From sequence record NZ_CP024444.1: 64,000 bases of DNA; one strand, given 5' to 3'. Source of the stretch: a plasmid. This document shows positions 52,259 to 61,999 of the stretch, piece after piece. The notes under the pieces are model-generated. The model did no database searches. It was not told the origin of the DNA and worked only from the letters and a program-made list of their open reading frames with translations. Position numbers and translations under genes: made by a program. Position 1 is the first letter of the stretch. Every line of letters begins with the position of its first letter.

Positions 52259-53326
52259 CTAGCCATTCACAAAAATTGGGGCGATCCATTTTAACGTGTA
52301 ATGCTTATCTTGACCTGTGCCCATCCAATAGCCATGATAATGCGCACTACGGATATGAGGTCGTCTGCTTGTCGATGTACGTTTGGCCGATGCCAGTTTA
52401 TCATTTGCCTGTTTAATCTCACCACCCATACGCCTGCCAATCTCATACAAAAATGGCTTGGATGGTGGGATAAAGGTGCCTGTGCGTTTATTCACAGTGT
52501 ACTTAGGTTTGGATAAATCAATTTTTGGGATGGGTTCGCCTTGTATGTTGCTAATATCAGGTTCTTCAGGGCATATCATTAGTAGTATTGATAATAGTTT
52601 ATTGATTAGCTGGTAATCAGCACGGCTTTGCTGCTGGGCAATCAAGATATCTTTATCGGGCGCAAAAGACTCGTGTATCATCCTAGCGTGTTTTTCCATT
52701 GATTGCTTAATGGTTAAGCCATCTTCAAGCAACAGTTGCAATGGCTGCATGTTGTTAAATACGTTGTCAATGCTCGACTCTATGTTTAAGTGAAAATTGA
52801 GCACCTTAACTTGCAGTTCATGGTTATTTTTATAAACCGCCTGCATATCAGCCAATACCCAAAACCCATAAATAAAGCATTGATGATTAAGGTAATCATC
52901 GTCTTTAAAATTAATTGGGATTGCCTGGTTGTCGGGGAATGCCACATAAATACACCATTCCGGCAACCGATCAAATATCTCACAAGGGGTATCATCGGGA
53001 ATGTTGGTATTCACTAAAGTATCAAATAGGTTATCATTGATTTCATAGATACCTAATGTATTGCGCCACGCACCAAATACCGATAGTCCCCAAAATAAAT
53101 TAAGATACCCTTTTTCTTGTTGGGTCATCGTTGTAAAGTCTTTATTTAGCTTGCCGCTACTAAGTAACTGCGCCAATGATGGCGACAATGTATACAACTC
53201 CCCTGACGGGACAAAGATGCCATGTTTGGGCTTATTGGCAATATGCCATGCCTGCATTTTTTTAAATACGTCTTTGCTTTCGGGGAATTGTTTAATAAAC
53301 GATTGGTATTTCTCAAAAGGCTGCAT
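52259..53326 (-). CDS. hypothetical protein with non-canonical (module-less, AT-rich) upstream region
   Basis: 355 aa. The 170-bp upstream region is unlike the conserved module. Confidence 0.45.
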   Translation of the reverse strand: MQPFEKYQSFIKQFPESKDVFKKMQAWHIANKPKHGIFVPSGELYTLSPSLAQLLSSGKLNKDFTTMTQQEKGYLNLFWGLSVFGAWRNTLGIYEINDNLFDTLVNTNIPDDTPCEIFDRLPEWCIYVAFPDNQAIPINFKDDDYLNHQCFIYGFWVLADMQAVYKNNHELQVKVLNFHLNIESSIDNVFNNMQPLQLLLEDGLTIKQSMEKHARMIHESFAPDKDILIAQQQSRADYQLINKLLSILLMICPEEPDISNIQGEPIPKIDLSKPKYTVNKRTGTFIPPSKPFLYEIGRRMGGEIKQANDKLASAKRTSTSRRPHIRSAHYHGYWMGTGQDKHYTLKWIAPIFVNG

Positions 53327-53498
53327 TTAGATTCCTCATTTTTAACCTTTCAAACATTGTGATAGATTCAAGTTGTTTATAACACGTTTTTTTATGCCAA
53401 TAATATTAACATGATTTGAATTTACTCATCGCTAAACTGCCAAAAGCCATAGCTAACCAATTGGGCTAACTAGGGCTTGTGTCTATTAGCTCGCCTCC

Positions 53499-54047
53499 TT
53501 AGGCTTCAACACGATTTGCACCCACAAATTGCGTCCAATCATAGCGAAAACGCATATCTTTTTGTACATTTACCGCAACCACCGTGCTTTTAGATGGTTT
53601 TTTGCGCGGATTTGGCCAGTAAAATGCTTCAAAACGCACCAAGATATCATCTTTGAGTTTAACCAAGTCGCCATATTTAAGACTATTCATAAACGCCAAT
53701 GCGGTTTTTTTCTCATTGCGTTTGTCTAGGCATTTCCTGCGCCATTCTTCAGCATAGGCCTCTTTACAAGTCGATTGTTTAAGAAATTTCACCGGGCAGT
53801 CATAACAACAAGGGCCTGCTGACTCGCTCATGGTTTTCCAAAGAAACTCGCCATCAGAACGTTGCGTCAGGGTAACTGAAATAAATTTGTCGTTCGGGTC
53901 TGTTTTGTTTTCTACCAATGAATAAACCGTTGTACCGACAATACTGTGGCCTACATACCGCCATTTATCGTTGTAATTTGTGCCAAGTTCGTCTTCAACA
54001 AACTCTTTTACACTGTCAAATTCACGCCAAGAACCTGTCCATCCCAT
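53499..54047 (-). CDS. hypothetical protein
   Basis: 182 aa with the module upstream. Confidence 0.45.
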   Translation of the reverse strand: MGWTGSWREFDSVKEFVEDELGTNYNDKWRYVGHSIVGTTVYSLVENKTDPNDKFISVTLTQRSDGEFLWKTMSESAGPCCYDCPVKFLKQSTCKEAYAEEWRRKCLDKRNEKKTALAFMNSLKYGDLVKLKDDILVRFEAFYWPNPRKKPSKSTVVAVNVQKDMRFRYDWTQFVGANRVEA

Positions 54048-54338
54048 GATATATTTCCTCTTTTGGTTGATTGGGTATCAAACGAGCCTTTCTCGTTTCC
54101 ATGTAAGTATAATAACGGTTTTAGCGTGTATAATCAAGCGGTTTAACCGTTTTTTTAACCATTTTCCGATAAACGGTAAAAGCGTTTTTTAGGGGTTTTT
54201 GGCGATGACCAACCACTTTTCCCCACTTTTAAGGCTTTTTTGAATTAGCGATCGCTTGAAATAGGTCAACCACGCCAGCGCATTTTTGCCCAAAAAAAAC
54301 CAACTTGGGCAAGTTGGTTTTTTATCGCTTCGGGCTCA

Positions 54339-54713
54339 TTAGTTATAGCTACAATAATAATCAGGTTTATAACTACCATTATCTTCAGGCTGTTTTAAGG
54401 CTGCCAATGAAAAAGCATCCAATCTCACCCGAACATTTACCTTATCCCCGTTTTGGTAAATACTGGCGCGTGTATCGAATTCTTCACCGATAAAATCATC
54501 TTTGCTTGGCACTTTTCTGCCTGCGCCATAGCCGATACTTTCCACCACTTTTGCGCCAATTTCACGCAAAGTCAGGGTGGATTTATCTTTGATGCCGACC
54601 ACCTGGTAGTAGTCAATGTTGGTTTGCTCATAGCCCCAGCTGCTCACAAAGACGTCGCCTGCTTTTACCGATGGTATTAATTGTTGGGTGCTGGTTGTAA
54701 TCGCTGTAGTCAT
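54339..54713 (-). CDS. family D protein (short form)
   Basis: 124 aa, about 75% identical to the C-terminal half of 55015-55740. An identical terminator lies downstream. Confidence 0.5.
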   Translation of the reverse strand: MTTAITTSTQQLIPSVKAGDVFVSSWGYEQTNIDYYQVVGIKDKSTLTLREIGAKVVESIGYGAGRKVPSKDDFIGEEFDTRASIYQNGDKVNVRVRLDAFSLAALKQPEDNGSYKPDYYCSYN

Positions 54714-55014
54714 AATCTTTATCTCTTTGGATGTTTTTGAACTTGAGCCTATCTCGTAATCACCTGTTTACAATAACGGTTTTAGCGTTTTCTGTCAAGC
54801 GGTTAAACCGTTAATAAACAATTGCCATTAGTTGTTTTGGGCGTTTCTATCGATGACGGATTTGCTTGCAAATGCTTATGGTTCGCCCATCTTCTTCCCT
54901 ACTTTTAATGGCTTTTTGGTATTAGCCATCGCTTGAAATAGGTCAACCACGCCAGCGCATTTTTGCCCAAAAAAACCAACTTGGGCAAGTTGGTTTTTTA
55001 TCGCTTGGGACTGA

Positions 55015-55740
55015 TTAATAGTAGCTTGAGAAATAATCAGATTTGTAACTACCATCTGCTTCAGGTTGTTTTAAACTTGCCGATGAAAAACTATTTAACG
55101 ACACGCGCACGTTCACATTGTTTCCGATTTTGTAAATATTGGCGCGTTTATCGAATGCCTCACCGATAAAATTATCCTTGCTTGGCACTTTTCTGCCTGC
55201 ATCATAATGTGTGCTTTCTACCACTTCTGCGCTAATCTCACGCAAGGTAAGCGTTGATTTGCCTTTGATGCCGACTACTTGATAGTAATCAATGTTAGTT
55301 TGCTCATAGCCCCAGCTGCTCACAAAGACATCGCCCACTTTAACAAACTTTTCAATCTCATTTTGTAGGGCTTTTTGCTCTTCTTTGCGCTGTGCCTTGT
55401 TCTGTGCCGAGAGTAAATTTCTTTGTGCCCATGTGCGGATAAAATCTATCATTTTGCTTTCACTGCTAAATAGATAGTTAAAAACTGGTTTGACTGTACG
55501 ACCCACAAAACCCATTGCCACGAAATCATTAGAACCTTTGGCAATATAGACCATACCGTTAAAACCTTCAAAGAAAAAGGCTAACTTTTTGCCATAAGCG
55601 TTACTTTCACGCTGTTCTATGATTGCTTGGTTGGTTTTGAATTTCTTACCGTCCAAACCCTTTTGAAAGTCGTTTAAAGCCTGTTGCGCATCGGCTAACA
55701 TGGCTTGGTTTACGCTTGTTTCGATTGCTGAAGTCGTCAT
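55015..55740 (-). CDS. family D protein (long form with extra N-terminal domain)
   Basis: The true start is MTTSAIETS. Its C-terminal 110 aa are paralogous to 54339-54713. Confidence 0.5.
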   Translation of the reverse strand: MTTSAIETSVNQAMLADAQQALNDFQKGLDGKKFKTNQAIIEQRESNAYGKKLAFFFEGFNGMVYIAKGSNDFVAMGFVGRTVKPVFNYLFSSESKMIDFIRTWAQRNLLSAQNKAQRKEEQKALQNEIEKFVKVGDVFVSSWGYEQTNIDYYQVVGIKGKSTLTLREISAEVVESTHYDAGRKVPSKDNFIGEAFDKRANIYKIGNNVNVRVSLNSFSSASLKQPEADGSYKSDYFSSYY

Positions 55741-56072
55741 GATGTTATTCCTTTTGGTTGGGTGTTGGAATTGAGCCTTTCTCGTTTCCATGTGCTTATA
55801 ATAACGCTTTAACCGTTTATACTCAAGCGGTTTTAGCGTTTATTTGATGATTTTCCGACGAACGGTAAAACCGTTTTTTTGCTTTTTGGCTGGCACGTTT
55901 CCCTAAAATTGATGGTTTTTTATTTGATATAGCGATAACTTGATATAGTGCACCACGCCCACCCGTGCCAACCAAGCTGGCTTGTTGACACCAAGCGTTA
56001 AAAATACTGGACAATAAAAAACCCACTGTCATGTGACAGTGGGGGGGATTTTCCCAACCACGAGAAAATTGT

Positions 56073-56624
56073 TTAAGCGGCTATTGGCTCTATTTGGGGT
56101 ATGTCTTTGGCTTCAGGGACAAACGTTTTCATGATGTCATTGTGAATACAGAAAAAAAAGGCAAATGCTTCAGTTTCAATACTGATTGCCAACGGGATAA
56201 CACAGCAAACTTGGGCAATCGGTTCGTTATCATCCACCTCATAAGTTTTGCCCTGCTCGCCAAACACAATACAGCTATAAGGCGTGTTGCCACCCATCAC
56301 TGCATCGCCTTTGACCACCACTTTGGTCAACTCGCCTGCACCAAAAAACTCATGGGCAATACGTGCGAAACTGGGCAAATTTAGTAGGGTGTCAGCTTCA
56401 CGCTGGGTATCGTCATTATCAGGGTAGCCTAGCGTTAATATCGGTTTACCATCAAGTGCAATGGCTAACAATTGAGTTTGGCGCATGGCGTGTGATGTAT
56501 AGTAGCTACCAATAGCAAGTGCTGATTGGTTGTATAAATCATCGGTGATATGACGGTTTAGCGGCTCGGTTTTGCATCTAGGATGGCGACTTCTTGCTAA
56601 TAGGGCGTTGACAACATTATTCAT
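56073..56624 (-). CDS. hypothetical protein
   Basis: The true start is MNNVVNALL (ATG at 56622-56624). Confidence 0.45.
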   Translation of the reverse strand: MNNVVNALLARSRHPRCKTEPLNRHITDDLYNQSALAIGSYYTSHAMRQTQLLAIALDGKPILTLGYPDNDDTQREADTLLNLPSFARIAHEFFGAGELTKVVVKGDAVMGGNTPYSCIVFGEQGKTYEVDDNEPIAQVCCVIPLAISIETEAFAFFFCIHNDIMKTFVPEAKDIPQIEPIAA

Positions 56625-56744
56625 GATTTTTTTATCCTTTTGGTTGGGGTTATGGTGTCGAGCCTTTCTCGTTTCCATGTGTTCATTATAACGGTTTAAC
56701 CGTGTATATGCAAGCGGTAAAACCGTTTTTTTTAACGATTTTTA

Positions 56745-57155
56745 TTAACTGACCATTGGCTGGGTAAAGTCTTTGGCGTAGCTATGCTCGGCAAGTCCAT
56801 CACTCCCATACAAGTGGTGTCGATAGATGCGAATGCTAAACACATCATTATCAATACCGCAAAGGGCACTCCGATAGTAAAAGCAGTAAAAGTCTTTTAG
56901 GGTGTTGTCGTTGGCATCGATGGCGTCTTCGCACTCGGTAATAAAGCGTAAAAATTCATCATGTTTTAGGCGATAAATTGGGTCGGTTTCTAGGTGTTTA
57001 TCCGCTAGGTGATTTTCCACGTAGCCTGAAAAGATGTCATTGCGAATAAAACTTTTTAGGGTTGCCAGGTTTTGGTTATTGTCCAAACTACAATACACGG
57101 GCGCAACTTGGGCGATTTCATCATTCATTGAAAATTCAACATGAAAAATTTGCAT
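56745..57155 (-). CDS. family E protein (short)
   Basis: 136 aa. Its N-terminus QIFHVEFSMNDE and the HHLYGSDGL motif are paralogous to the 57452-58099 N-terminal domain. Confidence 0.45.
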   Translation of the reverse strand: MQIFHVEFSMNDEIAQVAPVYCSLDNNQNLATLKSFIRNDIFSGYVENHLADKHLETDPIYRLKHDEFLRFITECEDAIDANDNTLKDFYCFYYRSALCGIDNDVFSIRIYRHHLYGSDGLAEHSYAKDFTQPMVS

Positions 57156-57451
57156 GTTAACTATCCTTTTATCCTATTGGTTGGGTCAGATATGAGCCTA
57201 TCTCACTATCTTAAGTTAATTATAACGGTTTAACCGTTGATATTCAATTAATATTTACACGCTTTTACCGTTAAACGACAATGCGTAAGGCGGTTAAAAA
57301 CCAAACCACCCATCCCCATACGTGACTTTTTGCTATAGTCATCACTTGAATTAGTGTATCACGCCCATTGTGACTAACTGGTAGTCACACAGTTGACTGG
57401 GCTTAAAAAAACCCACGCGAACGTGGGTCAAAATTACTTTGGAACGTGGAT

Positions 57452-58099
57452 TTATGGGGTGGTGGCATCAAGTTTAGCAATCGTTTTATCGGCAATGACG
57501 ACGGCAGTATGAGCAATCGCATCTGCATTAACAAAACTTCTGTCTTTAAGCGCGATACTAGCGGCTAACAGGGCATGCATGGCAAACTGGTCGCGTCTAG
57601 TGAGTGGTTGTGCCACATCGTTTAAAGGTAGTAAGTCAAGCTTGGTAGTATCGCTTTCATTGACAGTGGCTTGATTGTCAGCCGTAACCGCGACATCCGT
57701 GTTTGGCTTACTGTCTGACCCAAAAAGCGCATGGGAGGTGATGTATAGCTCAAAAACAGTATCGCAGGCATTTCCCGACGTAAAGCGTAGGCGCATAAAA
57801 TAACGCTCTTGCTCAAGCGTGTTTGTGTTTTCAATCATTTGATTGGCTTGCTCAATGAAATTTTTCAAATGCAATTTTTGATTGGCTTGGTCTTCGGTTT
57901 CATCCAAGTCGGCATCATCATCGCAGTTATTAATTTCATTGTAACGGTAGTCGTCTGTGATGTTCTTTAGCATGGCAATAAGATTTTTCTTATTGGTGGC
58001 ATCGTCGGCACTTTTGAATACAGGGTAGCATCCATCCAGCTCACCGTTTACGGTAAATTGAATATCAAAAACTTGGATTTGATTTTGTTGGGTACTCAT
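57452..58099 (-). CDS. family E protein (long)
   Basis: 215 aa, reading QVFDIQFTVNGE ... HALFGSDSK. Confidence 0.45.
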   Translation of the reverse strand: MSTQQNQIQVFDIQFTVNGELDGCYPVFKSADDATNKKNLIAMLKNITDDYRYNEINNCDDDADLDETEDQANQKLHLKNFIEQANQMIENTNTLEQERYFMRLRFTSGNACDTVFELYITSHALFGSDSKPNTDVAVTADNQATVNESDTTKLDLLPLNDVAQPLTRRDQFAMHALLAASIALKDRSFVNADAIAHTAVVIADKTIAKLDATTP

Positions 58100-58373
58100 G
58101 ATTTTATCCTTTTGGTTGGGTGTAGGAATTGAGCCTTTCTCGTTTCCATGTAGGTATAATAACGGTTTAACCGTGTATAGTCAAGCGGTATTAGCGTTTA
58201 TTTGGGGTTTTCCGATGAACGGTAAAACCGTTTTTTAGGTCGGTTGGCAAGATGTCAGCCCGGTTTCCCCACAGGTCATGATTTTTTGATATAGCCATCG
58301 CTTGTTTTAGCCAGTGCGCCTGCGGTTTAAATGACTGGTAGTTTTAACTACCAGTCGCCTGTATTGCCCTACC

Positions 58374-59108
58374 CTATGCCACCTTATTCAAGCCTGTCAC
58401 CTCATTGGTGGTCAGTGGTGATACCGTACCATCACGATTAACCTTGCCAAGTTGAAGTGCGCCTGCGATGTAACGACAGGCATTGTCCAGTACAGCAATG
58501 TCGTTTTGACTGGCGGTACTGATAATGGTTTCAATATCTTGATAGCTTAAGCCTTCGTATTTATAAGCATCGGCTATGGCAGTTTCTTGGTCGTCACCAT
58601 TTTCGATGTTTTCATTGACCAAGCTGACAAGTCGCTCATTCATGCTGTCTAGCTTTGCTTTAAATGCTGGGGCAAGGTCTGTTAGAAAATGACAATCATA
58701 GCGGTTAAGACGCTCTGCTATATGGCTGGCAATTTTGCCATGTAAACTTGGCTGTTCGTCTTTGATATCCCCAAGTACGCTATCTGACAAATACTGTACC
58801 GCTTCATGATAAAATGCCCGTGTTTCTGAAACTAGAAAGTCAAAGTCACCATAAAACTTACAACAATCAGGGGTTTTACTGGCAAGCATAAAGCCATTGG
58901 GGTGGGTCGATACTACAGTTAGCTGTGTGGCAAAGCGTGAACGGTTATCATTAAAATGCTTTACCATCGCCTGCGCCTTTTGGCGCAAATTATCCAACGT
59001 TTGCGTGGGGCAGTAATCGCTTGGGTTTTGCTGGCAAATAAAATACAAGTTAGTGCCAAAATCGGTGCTGATACGCGATTGCTGTAGAAATTCGATTGCT
59101 TGGGGCAT
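58374..59108 (-). CDS. hypothetical protein
   Basis: 244 aa with the module upstream. Confidence 0.45.
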   Translation of the reverse strand: MPQAIEFLQQSRISTDFGTNLYFICQQNPSDYCPTQTLDNLRQKAQAMVKHFNDNRSRFATQLTVVSTHPNGFMLASKTPDCCKFYGDFDFLVSETRAFYHEAVQYLSDSVLGDIKDEQPSLHGKIASHIAERLNRYDCHFLTDLAPAFKAKLDSMNERLVSLVNENIENGDDQETAIADAYKYEGLSYQDIETIISTASQNDIAVLDNACRYIAGALQLGKVNRDGTVSPLTTNEVTGLNKVA

Positions 59109-59398
59109 GATGCATATCCTTTTGGTTGAGTGTCGGATGCGAGCCTATCTCGTCGTCCATAATGCTATTATAACGGTTTTAGCGTGTTTAATATAGCGGT
59201 TTAACCGTGTTTTAACCATTTTCCGATAAACGGTAAAAGCGTTTTTCGGGTCGGCTGGCACGTTTCCCCTAGCTTAATGCACTTTGTTTTAGCGATGGTT
59301 TGATTTAGTTCAGCTCGCACGCCCAAGCGTGCAATGAAATGCCAAAAAAGGTGCAAGCTATACGCTCACACCTTACCCATCCGTTAAACTATAAAGCG

Positions 59399-59914
59399 TT
59401 ACGCTTGGTTGCCGTGCAGAATTTGGGTAATAAAAGGCTTTTTACGTTGAATGTGACGCACCCGACGCTTTAATTTGAAGCTTTCTTTTAAATAGTGCAT
59501 TTTACGCAGGAATGGGTTTGTAATCGGAGGTCGCTCGGCAAGTTCATCCATTTTGGCAATATACCCTAACTTTCCTTCAATACCGTACATAATGTCAACC
59601 ACACGCAGTCTATGTGGGTCTATGGGTGCTTTTACAAGGTATCGCCAGCCTTCGGCACAATTTACCGCATTGTCTAACAATGCACCCAAGTTATGAGGTG
59701 GCGTATTAATCACATCCCCATCCCACGCCATTACCAGCATTGCCCCGTGACGCAGTGCTTGTCCTCCGTACTTAGGATGGGTGTAATTTGGCTCACAATT
59801 AATACCAAAGTCGCTTTCATCGGTTGGGTTTTTCGGATCACGAAAAGCGATAAATGTACCGCTTTCACTGATTGCCAGTGCGCTTTCAATGTCGGTTTCG
59901 TGGTATAAAATCAT
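59399..59914 (-). CDS. hypothetical protein
   Basis: 171 aa with a basic C-terminus. Confidence 0.45.
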   Translation of the reverse strand: MILYHETDIESALAISESGTFIAFRDPKNPTDESDFGINCEPNYTHPKYGGQALRHGAMLVMAWDGDVINTPPHNLGALLDNAVNCAEGWRYLVKAPIDPHRLRVVDIMYGIEGKLGYIAKMDELAERPPITNPFLRKMHYLKESFKLKRRVRHIQRKKPFITQILHGNQA

Positions 59915-60003
59915 TATGGTAAATCCTCCAAAATTTTTAATTAGGTAGGGCGCACCTTGTCATACCCAGTCACAAAATGCGTCACAAGATGCGCTGTTGG
60001 GTG

Positions 60004-60612
60004 TTATGCGCAGGCAATCTCTTTTTGTCTTTTTAGTAGCTTAGTAACCTTGCTATCGATTTCATCAGGGTAGACACTATCCATACCATCAATCCACTGG
60101 CCTTTTTTCAAGATGTTCACTTGGAACACTTGACCATTTAGGTAATCTTTAATCATGCCGATATAGCGAATGTAGTGTTGGTTGGTTTTATACTTCACGC
60201 TACTATCCACCTTTTTGATGCCAAAGTGTTCACGCACTTTGTCTTTACTGCTATAGATGATGCCCACAAAACCATCCCACCAGTGAGCGTTAAAGTCATA
60301 ATGCACCACGTTATAGCCATCACGTCCGCTATTACTGGCATAAATTGGTAGCCATAACTGGTCATTAAAATTTAGCCCTTTTTGTTTAAAAAATGCCTTT
60401 ACCGCATCATCGAGTGTGCCTGACTGACTGTATTGAGCATCCAACAATTCTGCTTCACAGTCAAGTGAATTGTCTAACAAGGCAACATGACTAAAAGCAC
60501 GACGGCTAATAGGGTCAACTGGGTCGCTTTCATGGTAGATTTGAACGGTTGTGCCCGTTTTTTCGGTCAAGATTTTGTTGATTGGGGTTAATGGAAATTC
60601 AGGCGATGCCAT
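60004..60612 (-). CDS. family A paralog
   Basis: 202 aa with the motifs LWLPIYASNSG and GFVGIIYSSKDKV. Confidence 0.5.
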   Translation of the reverse strand: MASPEFPLTPINKILTEKTGTTVQIYHESDPVDPISRRAFSHVALLDNSLDCEAELLDAQYSQSGTLDDAVKAFFKQKGLNFNDQLWLPIYASNSGRDGYNVVHYDFNAHWWDGFVGIIYSSKDKVREHFGIKKVDSSVKYKTNQHYIRYIGMIKDYLNGQVFQVNILKKGQWIDGMDSVYPDEIDSKVTKLLKRQKEIACA

Positions 60613-60973
60613 AATTTTTTATCCTTTTGGTTGGGTGATGGTAGCGAGCCTATCTCGTTTCCATGTGCTTATAATAACGCTTTAACCGTGTACAATCAAG
60701 CGGTTTTAGCGTTTATTTAAGGGTTTTCCGATAAACGGTAAAAGCGTTTTTTAACAAGCTGCCGCATGCCAAACCACTTCCCCCATAGATAATGTCCACT
60801 GTCTTAGCCATCGCTTGCTCTAGTACATCACGCTAGTTACTTAACCGATTTAGTTATGTTTTGACGTTAATTTAGTTCTAAATCAAATCCAATATAGTTT
60901 TAATAAGGTGACTGCTAAAAATTTAGGCAAAAAAAACCAGCGAATTTACGCTGGTTGTCAAACAGGATGGGGC

Positions 60974-61735
60974 TTAATGAATGATGGGTGTATCAAACAT
61001 AAAGCCAAGCTCTTTAAGTGGCAAAAAGATATCAATATAGGATTTGCCCACAAAATCCCTTGCCTCGATAGCTAGTCGCACTTCTAGCTTACTTGCAAAG
61101 TTAAAGTCATAACGAATAGCACCTAGACCAAACCAACGAAAATCGATGATACCGTAACGGTCGTTACAATCAGGGTTACTCACCACGTTAAAAGGTAGGG
61201 CAAAGTCAGCTGACACACGCATATCACGGTAATTAAAATCAGAGACGGCTTCAATCCGTGCTTGCCGTGCTAACAATTCATCGAGTGAATTCACATTCAT
61301 GACGTCGTTTAGAAAACTGCGCATTTTTGTTTTAAGGTACTTCATTTCATCCACTGATAGACTAATTAAAGCATCTGACGGCATCACCATGCCAAGTTCA
61401 TCGTCTTGGTTATCATAAAGCCCACATACGCCTAGTCCAATATCGTTGCCTTGTTCCTTTTGCAATGCATGGGTTTTACCGATGACACCGATTTGGGTGC
61501 TCATGTTGCTATCAATCTGATTAATATCAATGCACCCACGTTCTGTGGTCTCACCATCATTCATTAAACTGTCGTTTAAACCGAGCACATAAAATGCCTG
61601 CTCATTTTTTAAATGTTGTAACAGTTGTTCGCTGATTTTGTATTCGTCAGTGCACAACACCAAGCCATCGGCAAATGATAGGTCAATGTTGGTTTGGCTA
61701 TCGCCTTTTGTACTGGTTGGGTTAGCGGTGGTCAT
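60974..61735 (-). CDS. hypothetical protein (first unit of the array)
   Basis: 253 aa with a full module upstream (61745-61960). Confidence 0.45.
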   Translation of the reverse strand: MTTANPTSTKGDSQTNIDLSFADGLVLCTDEYKISEQLLQHLKNEQAFYVLGLNDSLMNDGETTERGCIDINQIDSNMSTQIGVIGKTHALQKEQGNDIGLGVCGLYDNQDDELGMVMPSDALISLSVDEMKYLKTKMRSFLNDVMNVNSLDELLARQARIEAVSDFNYRDMRVSADFALPFNVVSNPDCNDRYGIIDFRWFGLGAIRYDFNFASKLEVRLAIEARDFVGKSYIDIFLPLKELGFMFDTPIIH

Positions 61736-61999
61736 AATTTTATCCTTTTAGGTTGGGTGTTGGAATTGAGCCTTTCTCGTTTCCATGTAGGTATAATAAC
61801 GGTTTAACCGTGTATAGTCAAGCGGTTTTAGCGTTTATTTAGCGATTTTCCGATGAACAGTAATAGCGTCATAATTCGATTTTCCACTGCATTATCCCCA
61901 AAATTAAGTCTTGTAATTGTATTAGTGATAGTTTGAAATAGGGGTATTATTGCTGACGTTGTAAGGCCAACTTAAGTGGACTACACGGCTAATTGCTGG

